Below are positions 36,222 through 44,280 of a DNA stretch of 64,000 bases, in pieces. The DNA is from an uncultured Actinomycetes bacterium. Its GTDB lineage: Bacteria > Actinomycetota > Thermoleophilia > UBA2241. Each line of letters opens with the position of its first letter. The stretch's first letter is position 1. The position numbers and the translations under genes were made by a program. The notes under the pieces were generated by a model that saw only the letters and a list, made by a program, of their open reading frames with translations, was not told where the DNA came from and did no database searches. Location of the stretch: assembly GCA_963709345.1 (NCBI GenBank), contig CAVPVX010000004.1, forward strand, positions 288,001 to 352,000, written 5' to 3'.

Positions 36222-37031
36222 TCACGCCGGCGCGCGGCTTGCCCCTTCGTCGTCGCGACCTTCCTTCTCATCCTCAGCGCTCGCGGCCTTCTCCTTCTTC
36301 GGCTGCACCAGGCGGGCCAGGACGATCGACGCCTCGTACAGGACGTACAGCGGTACGAACATGGCCAGCATGGAGAAGGCGTCCTGCGACGGCGTGATGA
36401 AGGCCGCCATGACCGCGAGGACGAGGATGGCGTAGCGCCGGTACTTGCGCAGGAAGCGGTCGTCGATCACCCCGACCTTGGCGAGTAACACCAGCACCAC
36501 GGGCAGCTCGAACACCACGCCGAAGGCGAGGATGAAGAGCGCCATGAAGGTGAAGTAGTCGCTGGCCCGGTTCTGGACGTTGAAGAAGCCGGAGCTGAAG
36601 TTGAGCAGAAAACCGAGGCCTCGCGGCAACACGAGGAAATACGCGAGCGCGATGCCGCCGAGGAACAACCCCGTCGAGGCGAAGACCACGGGGTAGAAGT
36701 AGCGCTTCTCCGTCGGCGTGAACGCCGGCGCCAGGAATGCCCACATCTGCCAGATGAGGATCGGTGAGGCCATGATCAGCCCGCCGGCGACCCAGACCTT
36801 GAGGCTGACCATGAACGGCTCGGCGGGACTGAACGTGGTGATCTGGTACGCCTCTTCCGGCAGGCCTTTCACTTGGCGGAGGGGCCACAAGAGCGCATCG
36901 AACACGAAGCTGTTGAAGACCGCCGCGACGAGCACGCCTGCGGTGACTGCGAGGATGGAGCGGAAGAGCCGCTTGCGCAACTCGTCGAGGTGCTCGAGCA
37001 GCGGAAGGCGATCGTCGGGGGAGATGGGCAT
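36222..37031 (-). CDS. tatC: Twin-arginine translocase subunit TatC
   Basis: 'LLEHLDELRKRL', 'SPAEPF', 'WAFLAPA...EKR', 'FELPV', 'ITPSQD', 'LYE.SI'. Confidence 0.95.
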   Translation of the reverse strand: MPISPDDRLPLLEHLDELRKRLFRSILAVTAGVLVAAVFNSFVFDALLWPLRQVKGLPEEAYQITTFSPAEPFMVSLKVWVAGGLIMASPILIWQMWAFLAPAFTPTEKRYFYPVVFASTGLFLGGIALAYFLVLPRGLGFLLNFSSGFFNVQNRASDYFTFMALFILAFGVVFELPVVLVLLAKVGVIDDRFLRKYRRYAILVLAVMAAFITPSQDAFSMLAMFVPLYVLYEASIVLARLVQPKKEKAASAEDEKEGRDDEGASRAPA

Positions 37032-37037
37032 CGCTGC

Positions 37038-37580
37038 TCAGGAACCCGGGGCGAGGTCGTCGGCGGAGTCCGGCTCGCCGGCGTCAGGAGAATCCGAGGG
37101 CGCGGGCGTCTCGGCGAGGCCCGCCGGGCCGGCGGGCTCGGCGGGAGCGCCCGGCGAGTCTCCGGCTTGCGGTGCGCCCGGCGAGTCTGCGGCTTCCGGA
37201 GCGCCGGGAGATCCGGGGGCTCCGGCCGTCGCGGCAGCGCTTTCGTCGGTGGCGGCAGCTCCCGCGACGGCGCCCGCGACCGCCGCGGCCTCCACCGTCT
37301 CGCCGCCGCTCGCGGCGGCACCCGGCGCACCCGGCGCGGGCGCCTCGATGGCCGACTTCAGGTCGACGGTCGACTTGAGGTCGCTGACGGTGGACTTGAC
37401 GGAGCTGATCTCGGAAGCGACGTCGTCGAGGCCGAGTTCCGTGCGCGCCGTGGCGGCGGCATTGCGGAACTCGCGGATGCCCTTGCCGAGCGACCGGCCC
37501 ATCTGCGGCAGTTGCTTGGGTCCGAAGACGAGCAACGCCAAGACGAGGACGACGACTATCTCGATGGGTCCGACGTTCAC
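37038..37580 (-). CDS. tatA: TatA/TatB family subunit with a long Ala/Pro/Gly/acidic tail
   Basis: 'GPIEI......ALLVFGPKQLPQMGRSLGKGIREFR', directly upstream of tatC. Confidence 0.88.
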   Translation of the reverse strand: MNVGPIEIVVVLVLALLVFGPKQLPQMGRSLGKGIREFRNAAATARTELGLDDVASEISSVKSTVSDLKSTVDLKSAIEAPAPGAPGAAASGGETVEAAAVAGAVAGAAATDESAAATAGAPGSPGAPEAADSPGAPQAGDSPGAPAEPAGPAGLAETPAPSDSPDAGEPDSADDLAPGS

Positions 37581-37850
37581 AGGAGGGGCACCTCGTTAGG
37601 GGGTATCGTGCCACTCCATCGTACGAGCCGCGGGGCCGCAGGTCAACGCGGCGCACGGCGAGCGTCCAAAGTCGTCGTCCAGATGTGGCCAATGCGTCGC
37701 CCGCTGGCGTGATTCCCCTGCAAAAGGGGGCTTGCCGCACATACCCCCTCCGGTTTCCCCGTCAGTTGCGTCGCGAGAAGCTGCTTTGGTAGAGTACGCC
37801 GACGGTCCGCTCGGTCTCTGGTGGCAGGGGCTCGGGCCATCCACCTTCAG

Positions 37851-38219
37851 ATGACAAGCACATATCTCACCAACTGGTTGTACGTATGGCTGTTCATCGC
37901 CGCCGGCGGTGCGCTGGTCGTTCTCATCCTGCTCTTTTCCAAGCTCATCAACCCGAGTCACCTCACGCCCGAGAAGCTGCAGCCCTACGAGTGCGGCATC
38001 CCTCCGGTCGGCAATCCCTGGCAGCCGTTCGCGGTGCGCTACTTCGTGTACGGGCTCCTGTTCCTGGTGTTCGATGTGGAAGCCGCGTTCCTGTTCCCCT
38101 GGGCGCTCGTCTTCCGCTCGCTGGGCCCGGCCGGGTTCATCGAGATGCTCCTGTTCATCGCCGTGCTGGCCCTCGGGCTTCTGTACGCCTGGCGCAAGGG
38201 GGCTCTCGAGTGGGCGTAG
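37851..38219 (+). CDS. nuoA: NADH-quinone oxidoreductase subunit A
   Basis: 'K..PYECG', 'FLVFDVE..FLFPWA', '[10 protein letters not shown]'. Confidence 0.95.
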   Translation: MTSTYLTNWLYVWLFIAAGGALVVLILLFSKLINPSHLTPEKLQPYECGIPPVGNPWQPFAVRYFVYGLLFLVFDVEAAFLFPWALVFRSLGPAGFIEMLLFIAVLALGLLYAWRKGALEWA

Positions 38220-38779
38220 GCGACTATCTGCCGGAGCGCGTCAAGGCCGTCCGGTATCCCAAGCTCGAGCACTTCAGCGAGCCCAACGTCATCACTACGA
38301 CGGCCGACTTCATCTTCAGCTGGGCGCGCTCGCACTCGGTGTTCCCGTTCACGTACGGCCTCGCCTGCTGCGCCATCGAGATGCTGAGCTCCGGGTTCGC
38401 CCGCTTCGACGTGGCGCGCTACGGCATGGAGGTCTTCCGGCCGACACCGCGCCAGTGCGACCTCATGATCGTCGCCGGTACCGTCAACGAGAAGATGGCG
38501 CCGGTCCTCAAGCGCCTGTACGACCAGATGGCGGAGCCCAAGTGGGTCATCAGCATGGGCGCCTGCGCGACCAGCGGCGGCCCCTTCTACGACGGCTACA
38601 ACGTCGTGAACGGGGTCGACAAGATCGTCCCGGTCGACGTGTACATCCCCGGGTGCCCGCCGCGTCCCGAGGCGCTGTTCCAGGGGCTGCTGGAGCTCCA
38701 GGTCAAGATCCAGCAGCACAAGTTCGTCGCCGAGAAGCCGGCCATCGCCGAGGCCGCCGCACCGGATGGGGAGGCCTGA
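38210..38779 (+). CDS. nuoB: NADH-quinone oxidoreductase subunit B
   Basis: 'GLACCAIEM', '[12 protein letters not shown]', 'MGACA..GG', 'DVYIPGCPP'. Confidence 0.95.
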   Translation: MGVGDYLPERVKAVRYPKLEHFSEPNVITTTADFIFSWARSHSVFPFTYGLACCAIEMLSSGFARFDVARYGMEVFRPTPRQCDLMIVAGTVNEKMAPVLKRLYDQMAEPKWVISMGACATSGGPFYDGYNVVNGVDKIVPVDVYIPGCPPRPEALFQGLLELQVKIQQHKFVAEKPAIAEAAAPDGEA

Positions 38780-38783
38780 GCGC

Positions 38784-39278
38784 ATGGGTCTCGAGATCGG
38801 CACTCACCCGATGGGCATGGACGAGATCGCGGCGCTGCTTGCCGAGCGCTTCGCCGCCGAGTTCTTTGACGTGCGCGTGCAGGAGCCGGTCACCGTGGTC
38901 GCGCGCTGCGCCCGCGAGAATCTGGCAGGCGTCGCGAGGAGTCTCAAAGAGCATCCGGATGTCGGGTACGAGACCCTCAACTGGATCGCCGGCGTCGACC
39001 ACGTGAAGTACTTCGAGAGCGTGTACCACGTGTACAGCTGGAAGACCAACACCTATCTCGAGCTTCACGTCGAGGTGCCTTGCGCCACGCCCGAGGTCGA
39101 GACCGTCAGCGCTGTATGGCCCGCCGCCGATTGGCACGAGCGCGAGTCCTTCGACATGGTCGGCATCGTCTACACCGGCCATCCCGACCTGCGCCGCATC
39201 CTGCTCAAGGACGACTTCATCGGGCACCCGCTGCGCAAAGACTACGTCGACCTCGCCGAGAACCACCCGCATGTTTGA
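38784..39278 (+). CDS. nuoC: NADH-quinone oxidoreductase subunit C
   Basis: '[17 protein letters not shown]...[10 protein letters not shown]......HPLRKDY'. Confidence 0.95.
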   Translation: MGLEIGTHPMGMDEIAALLAERFAAEFFDVRVQEPVTVVARCARENLAGVARSLKEHPDVGYETLNWIAGVDHVKYFESVYHVYSWKTNTYLELHVEVPCATPEVETVSAVWPAADWHERESFDMVGIVYTGHPDLRRILLKDDFIGHPLRKDYVDLAENHPHV

Positions 39279-40485
39279 CGAGTTCGAGACACCCGAGCCG
39301 GACGAGGCCGTCAAGCTCGCGCTGCGCCGCATCGACGAAGCGACGGCGCGCGGCGAGGGCTCGGACGCCGACGGCCTCGCCTTCAACGAGTTGGTCGTCA
39401 ACATGGGGCCGCAGCATCCCAGCACGCACGGCGTGCTGCGCCTCGTGGTCACGCTTGACGGCGAGTTGGTCAAAGACGTCATCCCGGTCGTCGGCTACCT
39501 GCACCGGTGCAAAGAGAAGCTCGCCGAGCGCCGCACCTACTACCAATACATCCCCATAGTCGATCGCACCGAGTACCTGGCCAGCATCAACTGCGAGTGG
39601 GCCTACGTCATGACCGTCGAGAAGCTCGCCGGCATCCAGCCGACGCGGCGGGCGGAGTTCATCCGCGTCATCACCGGCGAGCTCATGCGCATCGCCAGCC
39701 ACCAGGTCGCCGTCGGCACCTTCACCGCCGACCTCTCGCCGCTGGGCACGGCCATGATCTTCTACATGTTCCGCGACCGTGAGTACATCCTCGACCTCCT
39801 CGAGGAGCTTACGGGCGCGCGCATGATGTTCAACTACTTCCGCTTCGGCGGCGTGCGCTACGACCTGCCGGACGGCTGGACCTCAAGGTGTCGCGCGTTC
39901 ATGAAGAAGCTGCCGAAGCTCATCGACGAGTACGAGTCGCTGGTCGACGACAACGCGATCTTCCTGCAGCGCACCCAGGGCAAGGGCGTCATCACCCAGC
40001 AGGACGTCGTCGACTACGGCATCACCGGACCGTGCGCACGCGCCTCGGCGGTCGCCCACGACCTGCGCCGCACGCGGCCGTACTCGGTGTACCCGGAGCT
40101 CGATTTCGAGGTCTGCACGCTCGACCACGGGGACATCTTCGACCGCTACAAAGTCCGTATGAACGAGATGCGCGAGAGCATCAGGATCGTCGAGCAGTGC
40201 CTGGACATGCTGCCCAAGGGGCCGGTGCAGACCGGCTCGCTGCGCGCTCCCTACGTCATCACGCCGCCGCCCGGCTCCTGCTACGTCGGTCAGGAGAATC
40301 CACGTGGCGAGTACGGCACCTACATCGAGAGCGACGGCTCGAGGTATCCGTACCGGCTCAAGTACCGCGACCCGTGCTTCTGCAACCTGCAGATCTTCCC
40401 CAAGCTCCTCAGCGGCAACAAGATCGCCGACGCGGTGGCCATCTCGGGCAGCATCGACCTCGTCCTCGGAGGCATCGACCGCTAG
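39271..40485 (+). CDS. nuoD: NADH-quinone oxidoreductase subunit D
   Basis: '[15 protein letters not shown]', 'GYLHR..EK', 'DRTEY', 'GE.MRIASH', 'ENPRGE', '[11 protein letters not shown]'. No NiFe CxxC pairs. Confidence 0.95.
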   Translation: MFDEFETPEPDEAVKLALRRIDEATARGEGSDADGLAFNELVVNMGPQHPSTHGVLRLVVTLDGELVKDVIPVVGYLHRCKEKLAERRTYYQYIPIVDRTEYLASINCEWAYVMTVEKLAGIQPTRRAEFIRVITGELMRIASHQVAVGTFTADLSPLGTAMIFYMFRDREYILDLLEELTGARMMFNYFRFGGVRYDLPDGWTSRCRAFMKKLPKLIDEYESLVDDNAIFLQRTQGKGVITQQDVVDYGITGPCARASAVAHDLRRTRPYSVYPELDFEVCTLDHGDIFDRYKVRMNEMRESIRIVEQCLDMLPKGPVQTGSLRAPYVITPPPGSCYVGQENPRGEYGTYIESDGSRYPYRLKYRDPCFCNLQIFPKLLSGNKIADAVAISGSIDLVLGGIDR

Positions 40486-41604
40486 ATGGACGTCCTGCTC
40501 GCCATCCTTCGCGCCCTCGCCTTCGTCGTCATCGCCTACACGGTGGTGTTCGTCGCGGCGCTGGTGAACATCGTCTTCGAGCGCCGCGTCCTCGCCTTCA
40601 TGCAGGACCGCCACGGGCCCAACCGCACGGGCCCGCACGGCGTGCTGCAGAGCGTCGCCGACGCCTTCAAGATGATGGGGAAGGAGGACTTTCGCCCGCT
40701 GCTCGCCGACCCGTTCCTGTTCACGCTCGCCCCGGTCATGGTGATGATCGGGGCGGTGGCCGTGCAGTTGGTGCTCCCGTACACGGCCGGCATCACTGCG
40801 ACCGACCTCAACGTCGGCGTCATCTTCATCGTCGCGATCACCAGCTTCACGACGTTGGCGATCCTGCTGGGCGGCTGGTCGTCGCGCAACAAGTACTCCC
40901 TGGTCGGCGCGCTGCGCGCCGCCGCCCAGATGATCAGCTACGAGATCCCCATGATCCTCGGCCTGATCGTCGTCGTCATGGTCGTCGGTTCGTTCAGCGT
41001 CTCCGCCGTTGTCGAGGCGCAGGCCGGCTTCCAGTGGATCGCGTTCTACGCGCCCTTCACCTTCCTGATCTTCTACATCGCCTCGATCGCGGAGCTCAAT
41101 CGCGGCCCCTTCGATCTGCCCGAGTCCGAATCGGAGCTCGTGTCCGGCTACGGCACCGAGTACTCGGGCATGCGCTTCGGCATGTTCTTCCTCAACGAAT
41201 ACGCCGGCATGACCATCATGTCGATGGTCGCCGTGACGCTGTTCTTCGGCGGCTGGCAGGGTCCGTACGACAGCGCCGTGGTGTTCTTGGGCGTGTCGTG
41301 GATAGGCCTCGCCTGGTTCATCCTCAAGACCTACGTGCTCGTCTTCGCCCTGGTCTGGATCCGCCTGTCGCTGCCGCGTCTGCAGGTCGACCAGCTCATG
41401 GGCTTCGCCTGGAAGATCCTCATCCCGCTCGGCCTTGCGAACATCCTCGCCACGGCGGCGGTGATGCTCTGGGTGCCGAGCTGGAAGTGGGGGCTCGCGG
41501 TCTTCAGCTGGGTCGCGCTCCTCGCCTTCGTCGGCCTCTTCGACCCGATCCTCAAGTACCGCCTGCGCAAGCAGCGTGAGCGCCGGCCGGTGGTGAGCGC
41601 CTGA
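40486..41604 (+). CDS. nuoH: NADH-quinone oxidoreductase subunit H
   Basis: 'ERRVLA.MQDRHGPNR.GP.G.LQ..ADA.K', 'ISYE', 'NRGPFDLPESESELVSG...EYSG'. Confidence 0.95.
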   Translation: MDVLLAILRALAFVVIAYTVVFVAALVNIVFERRVLAFMQDRHGPNRTGPHGVLQSVADAFKMMGKEDFRPLLADPFLFTLAPVMVMIGAVAVQLVLPYTAGITATDLNVGVIFIVAITSFTTLAILLGGWSSRNKYSLVGALRAAAQMISYEIPMILGLIVVVMVVGSFSVSAVVEAQAGFQWIAFYAPFTFLIFYIASIAELNRGPFDLPESESELVSGYGTEYSGMRFGMFFLNEYAGMTIMSMVAVTLFFGGWQGPYDSAVVFLGVSWIGLAWFILKTYVLVFALVWIRLSLPRLQVDQLMGFAWKILIPLGLANILATAAVMLWVPSWKWGLAVFSWVALLAFVGLFDPILKYRLRKQRERRPVVSA

Positions 41605-42365
41605 TGCTCGGCATGTTCAAAGCCATGCGCACGACGCTCAAACATCTGCCGATGAAGAAGATCACGGTGCAGTATCCCGAGCAGCGCGATCGCCTGCCGG
41701 AGCGTAGCCGCGGCCTGTTTCGCGTCGTCATCGACCCGGCGAGCGGCGAGCCGCGTTGCCGCGCCTGCACGCTCTGCGAGAGCAACTGCCCGGTGCAGGT
41801 CATCCGCGTCAACTACGAGAGCAAGTACCGGCTCCCCGTGCCCAACGCGGCGCGCGTCGCGGAGGCGCGTCTCGCAGCGCAGACGGGCGTCGACCTCAAG
41901 GAACTGCAGCCGGTGCTCGACGACTACTACGAGCACGGCACCGGTCTCATCGCCATACTGCAGAACGCGCAGGAGGTCTACGGCTATCTGCCGCGCCTGG
42001 TGCTGCAGGAGATCGGTCTGCAGACGGGCGTCTCGCTCAGCCAGATCTACGGCGTCTCGAGCTTCTACAACCAGTTCCGGCTCTCCCCCGTCGGCGAGCA
42101 CATCATCGACGTGTGCCACGGCACCGCCTGCCACGTGGCGGGTGCGGTGCAGATCACCGAGGCCCTCGAGGAGGAGCTCGGCGTCGCCGAGGGCAAGACC
42201 ACGACGGACATGAAGTTCACGCTGTCGTCGGTGGCCTGCATGGGCGCCTGCTCGCAGGCTCCCGTGATGCGCATCGGCGACGCGACCTACGGCGCTCTCA
42301 CCCCCGACAAGACGCGCAAGATCATCCGCGACCTCATGCAAGAGGTCGGCGGTGAGAGGGGGTGA
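41604..42365 (+). CDS. Fusion of the NuoI N-terminal half with a NuoE/HydC-type [2Fe-2S] subunit
   Basis: Residues 1-75 match the NuoI N-terminus: 'TTLKHL..KKITVQYPE...LPERSRG...CRACTLCESNCP'. From about residue 96 it matches NuoE: 'LIAILQ.AQE.YGYLP', 'YGVSSFY.QF', 'CHGTACH', 'VACMGACS.AP'. Confidence 0.9.
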   Translation: MLGMFKAMRTTLKHLPMKKITVQYPEQRDRLPERSRGLFRVVIDPASGEPRCRACTLCESNCPVQVIRVNYESKYRLPVPNAARVAEARLAAQTGVDLKELQPVLDDYYEHGTGLIAILQNAQEVYGYLPRLVLQEIGLQTGVSLSQIYGVSSFYNQFRLSPVGEHIIDVCHGTACHVAGAVQITEALEEELGVAEGKTTTDMKFTLSSVACMGACSQAPVMRIGDATYGALTPDKTRKIIRDLMQEVGGERG

Positions 42366-44278
42366 GCGGAGGCGGCATGGCTGACGAGACCCCGACACCA
42401 CGCGCCGCGACCGACGTGCGTAACGTCAGCGTCGCCGAAGGACCGGACGGCAGGTTCACCGTCAAGGTGTGCGCGGGTACGGCCTGCGTGTTCGCCGGCT
42501 CCCTCGCGGTCTACGACGCGTTCGTCGAGGAGGTCGCGGCCGCCGGGCTGGGAGACAAGGTCGAGGTGAGCATCATCGGGTGCCATGGGCTCTGCTCGAT
42601 GAGTCCGGTCGTGGTGCTCGGCGACGACACGCTCTACGGCCATCTGCGGCCGAAGGACGTCGGCAAGGTCGTCGAGGAGCACCTCAAGGGGGGCGTGCCG
42701 GTCGAGCGGTTCCTCTACAAGGACGCCCAGACCGGCGAACGCATCCGCGACTGGCACGATATCGGCTTCTACAAAGCGCAGACGCGCATCGCGCTCCGCG
42801 ACGTCGGCGTCATCGACCCCGAGAGCATCGACGCCTACCTCGAGCGCGGCGGTTACGAGGCTGCGCGCATGGCGCTCACCGAGAAGACGCCCGAGTGGAT
42901 CATCGAGCACGTCACCGACTCGGGCATCCGCGGTCGCGGCGGCGCGGGGTTCCCGACCGGCGTCAAGTGGAAGTTCGCGGCGCAGTCGAAGAGTGAGATC
43001 AAGTACCTCATCTGCAACGCCGACGAGGGCGACCCCGGCGCGTTCATGGATCGCTCGATCCTCGAGGGCGATCCGCACGCCGTCATCGAGGGCATGCTCA
43101 TCGCCAGCTACGCGATCGGCGCGAGCGAGGGCTACGTGTACGTACGTGCCGAGTACCCGCTCGCGGTCAAGCGCCTCACCATGGCGATAGCCGACGCCGA
43201 GGCGCGCGGCTTCCTCGGCAAGGACGTCTTCGGCACCGGCTGGGAGTTCAGCCTCCACCTCAAGCTCGGCGCCGGCGCGTTCGTCTGCGGCGAGGAGACC
43301 GCCCTGATCGCCAGCATCGAGGGCAAGCGCGGCATGCCGCGCTCACGGCCGCCCTACCCCGCAGTCAGCGGCCTCTGGGGCAAGCCGACCAACATCAACA
43401 ACGTCGAGACGCTCGCCAACATCGCCTGGATCGTCACCCACCCCGCCGCGGCCTACTCGGACCTGGGCATCGACGTCAGCCGCGGCACCAAGGCCTTCAG
43501 CCTGGCCGGCAAGCTCGTCAACGGCGGCCTCGCCGAGGTGCCGATGGGCAGCACGCTGCGCCACGTGATCTTCGACGTCGGCGGCGGCATCAAGGGCGGC
43601 AAGAAGTTCAAGGCCGTGCAGCTCGGCGGTCCGTCCGGGGGCTGCGTGCCGGCGAGCCTGCTCGACACCCCGGTCGACTACGAGAGCCTCGCCGCGACCG
43701 GCGCCATCGTGGGTTCCGGCGGCATGGTCGTCGTCGACGAAGAAACGTGCATGGTCGACCTCGCGCGCTTCTTCCTCGACTTCACGCAGAAGGAATCGTG
43801 CGGCAAGTGCATCCCCTGCCGCCTCGGCACCAAGCGCATGCTCGAGGTCCTCGACCGCATCATCGCCGGCGACGGCCGCGAGGGCGACATCGAGTTGCTT
43901 GAGGAGCTCGGCGCCTACATCATCGAGGGCTCGCTCTGCGCCCTCGGCGGCACCGCTCCGAACCCCGTGCTGACGACCATCAAGTACTTCCGCAGCGAAT
44001 ACGAGGCCCACATCCGCGAGAAGCGCTGTCCGGCCGGGACGTGCAAGTCGCTGATCACGTACTACATCGATCCGGACGCGTGCACCGGCTGCACCCTCTG
44101 CGCCAAGAAGTGCCCGACCTCGTGCATCACCGGCGAGAAGAAGCAGCTGCACGTGATCGACGTCGCGAACTGCATCAAGTGCGACACGTGCCGCCAGGTC
44201 TGCAAGTTCGACGCGGTCAAGGTGCGCTCGGGCATCGAGCAGGCCGTGGCCGGCACCTCCGAAGGGGCTGAGAGCTGA
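42362..44278 (+). CDS. nuoF: NuoF/HydB-type FMN/NADH subunit with an N-terminal thioredoxin-like [2Fe-2S] and C-terminal 2x[4Fe-4S] domains (bifurcating type)
   Basis: 'CAGTAC...GCHGLC', 'GRGGAGFPTG.KW', 'CNADEGDPGAFMDR', 'GAGAFVCGEETAL', 'GGPSGG', 'ESCGKCIPCR', 'HIREKRCPAGTC', 'CTGCTLCAKKCP', 'CIKCDTCRQVC'. Alternative ATG at 42377. Confidence 0.92.
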   Translation: MSGGGMADETPTPRAATDVRNVSVAEGPDGRFTVKVCAGTACVFAGSLAVYDAFVEEVAAAGLGDKVEVSIIGCHGLCSMSPVVVLGDDTLYGHLRPKDVGKVVEEHLKGGVPVERFLYKDAQTGERIRDWHDIGFYKAQTRIALRDVGVIDPESIDAYLERGGYEAARMALTEKTPEWIIEHVTDSGIRGRGGAGFPTGVKWKFAAQSKSEIKYLICNADEGDPGAFMDRSILEGDPHAVIEGMLIASYAIGASEGYVYVRAEYPLAVKRLTMAIADAEARGFLGKDVFGTGWEFSLHLKLGAGAFVCGEETALIASIEGKRGMPRSRPPYPAVSGLWGKPTNINNVETLANIAWIVTHPAAAYSDLGIDVSRGTKAFSLAGKLVNGGLAEVPMGSTLRHVIFDVGGGIKGGKKFKAVQLGGPSGGCVPASLLDTPVDYESLAATGAIVGSGGMVVVDEETCMVDLARFFLDFTQKESCGKCIPCRLGTKRMLEVLDRIIAGDGREGDIELLEELGAYIIEGSLCALGGTAPNPVLTTIKYFRSEYEAHIREKRCPAGTCKSLITYYIDPDACTGCTLCAKKCPTSCITGEKKQLHVIDVANCIKCDTCRQVCKFDAVKVRSGIEQAVAGTSEGAES

Positions 44279-44280
44279 CC

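Noticed and set aside
37660-37800. Rex operator upstream of nuoA
   Set aside because: There is no adequate match to TTGTGAA-N4-TTCACAA.
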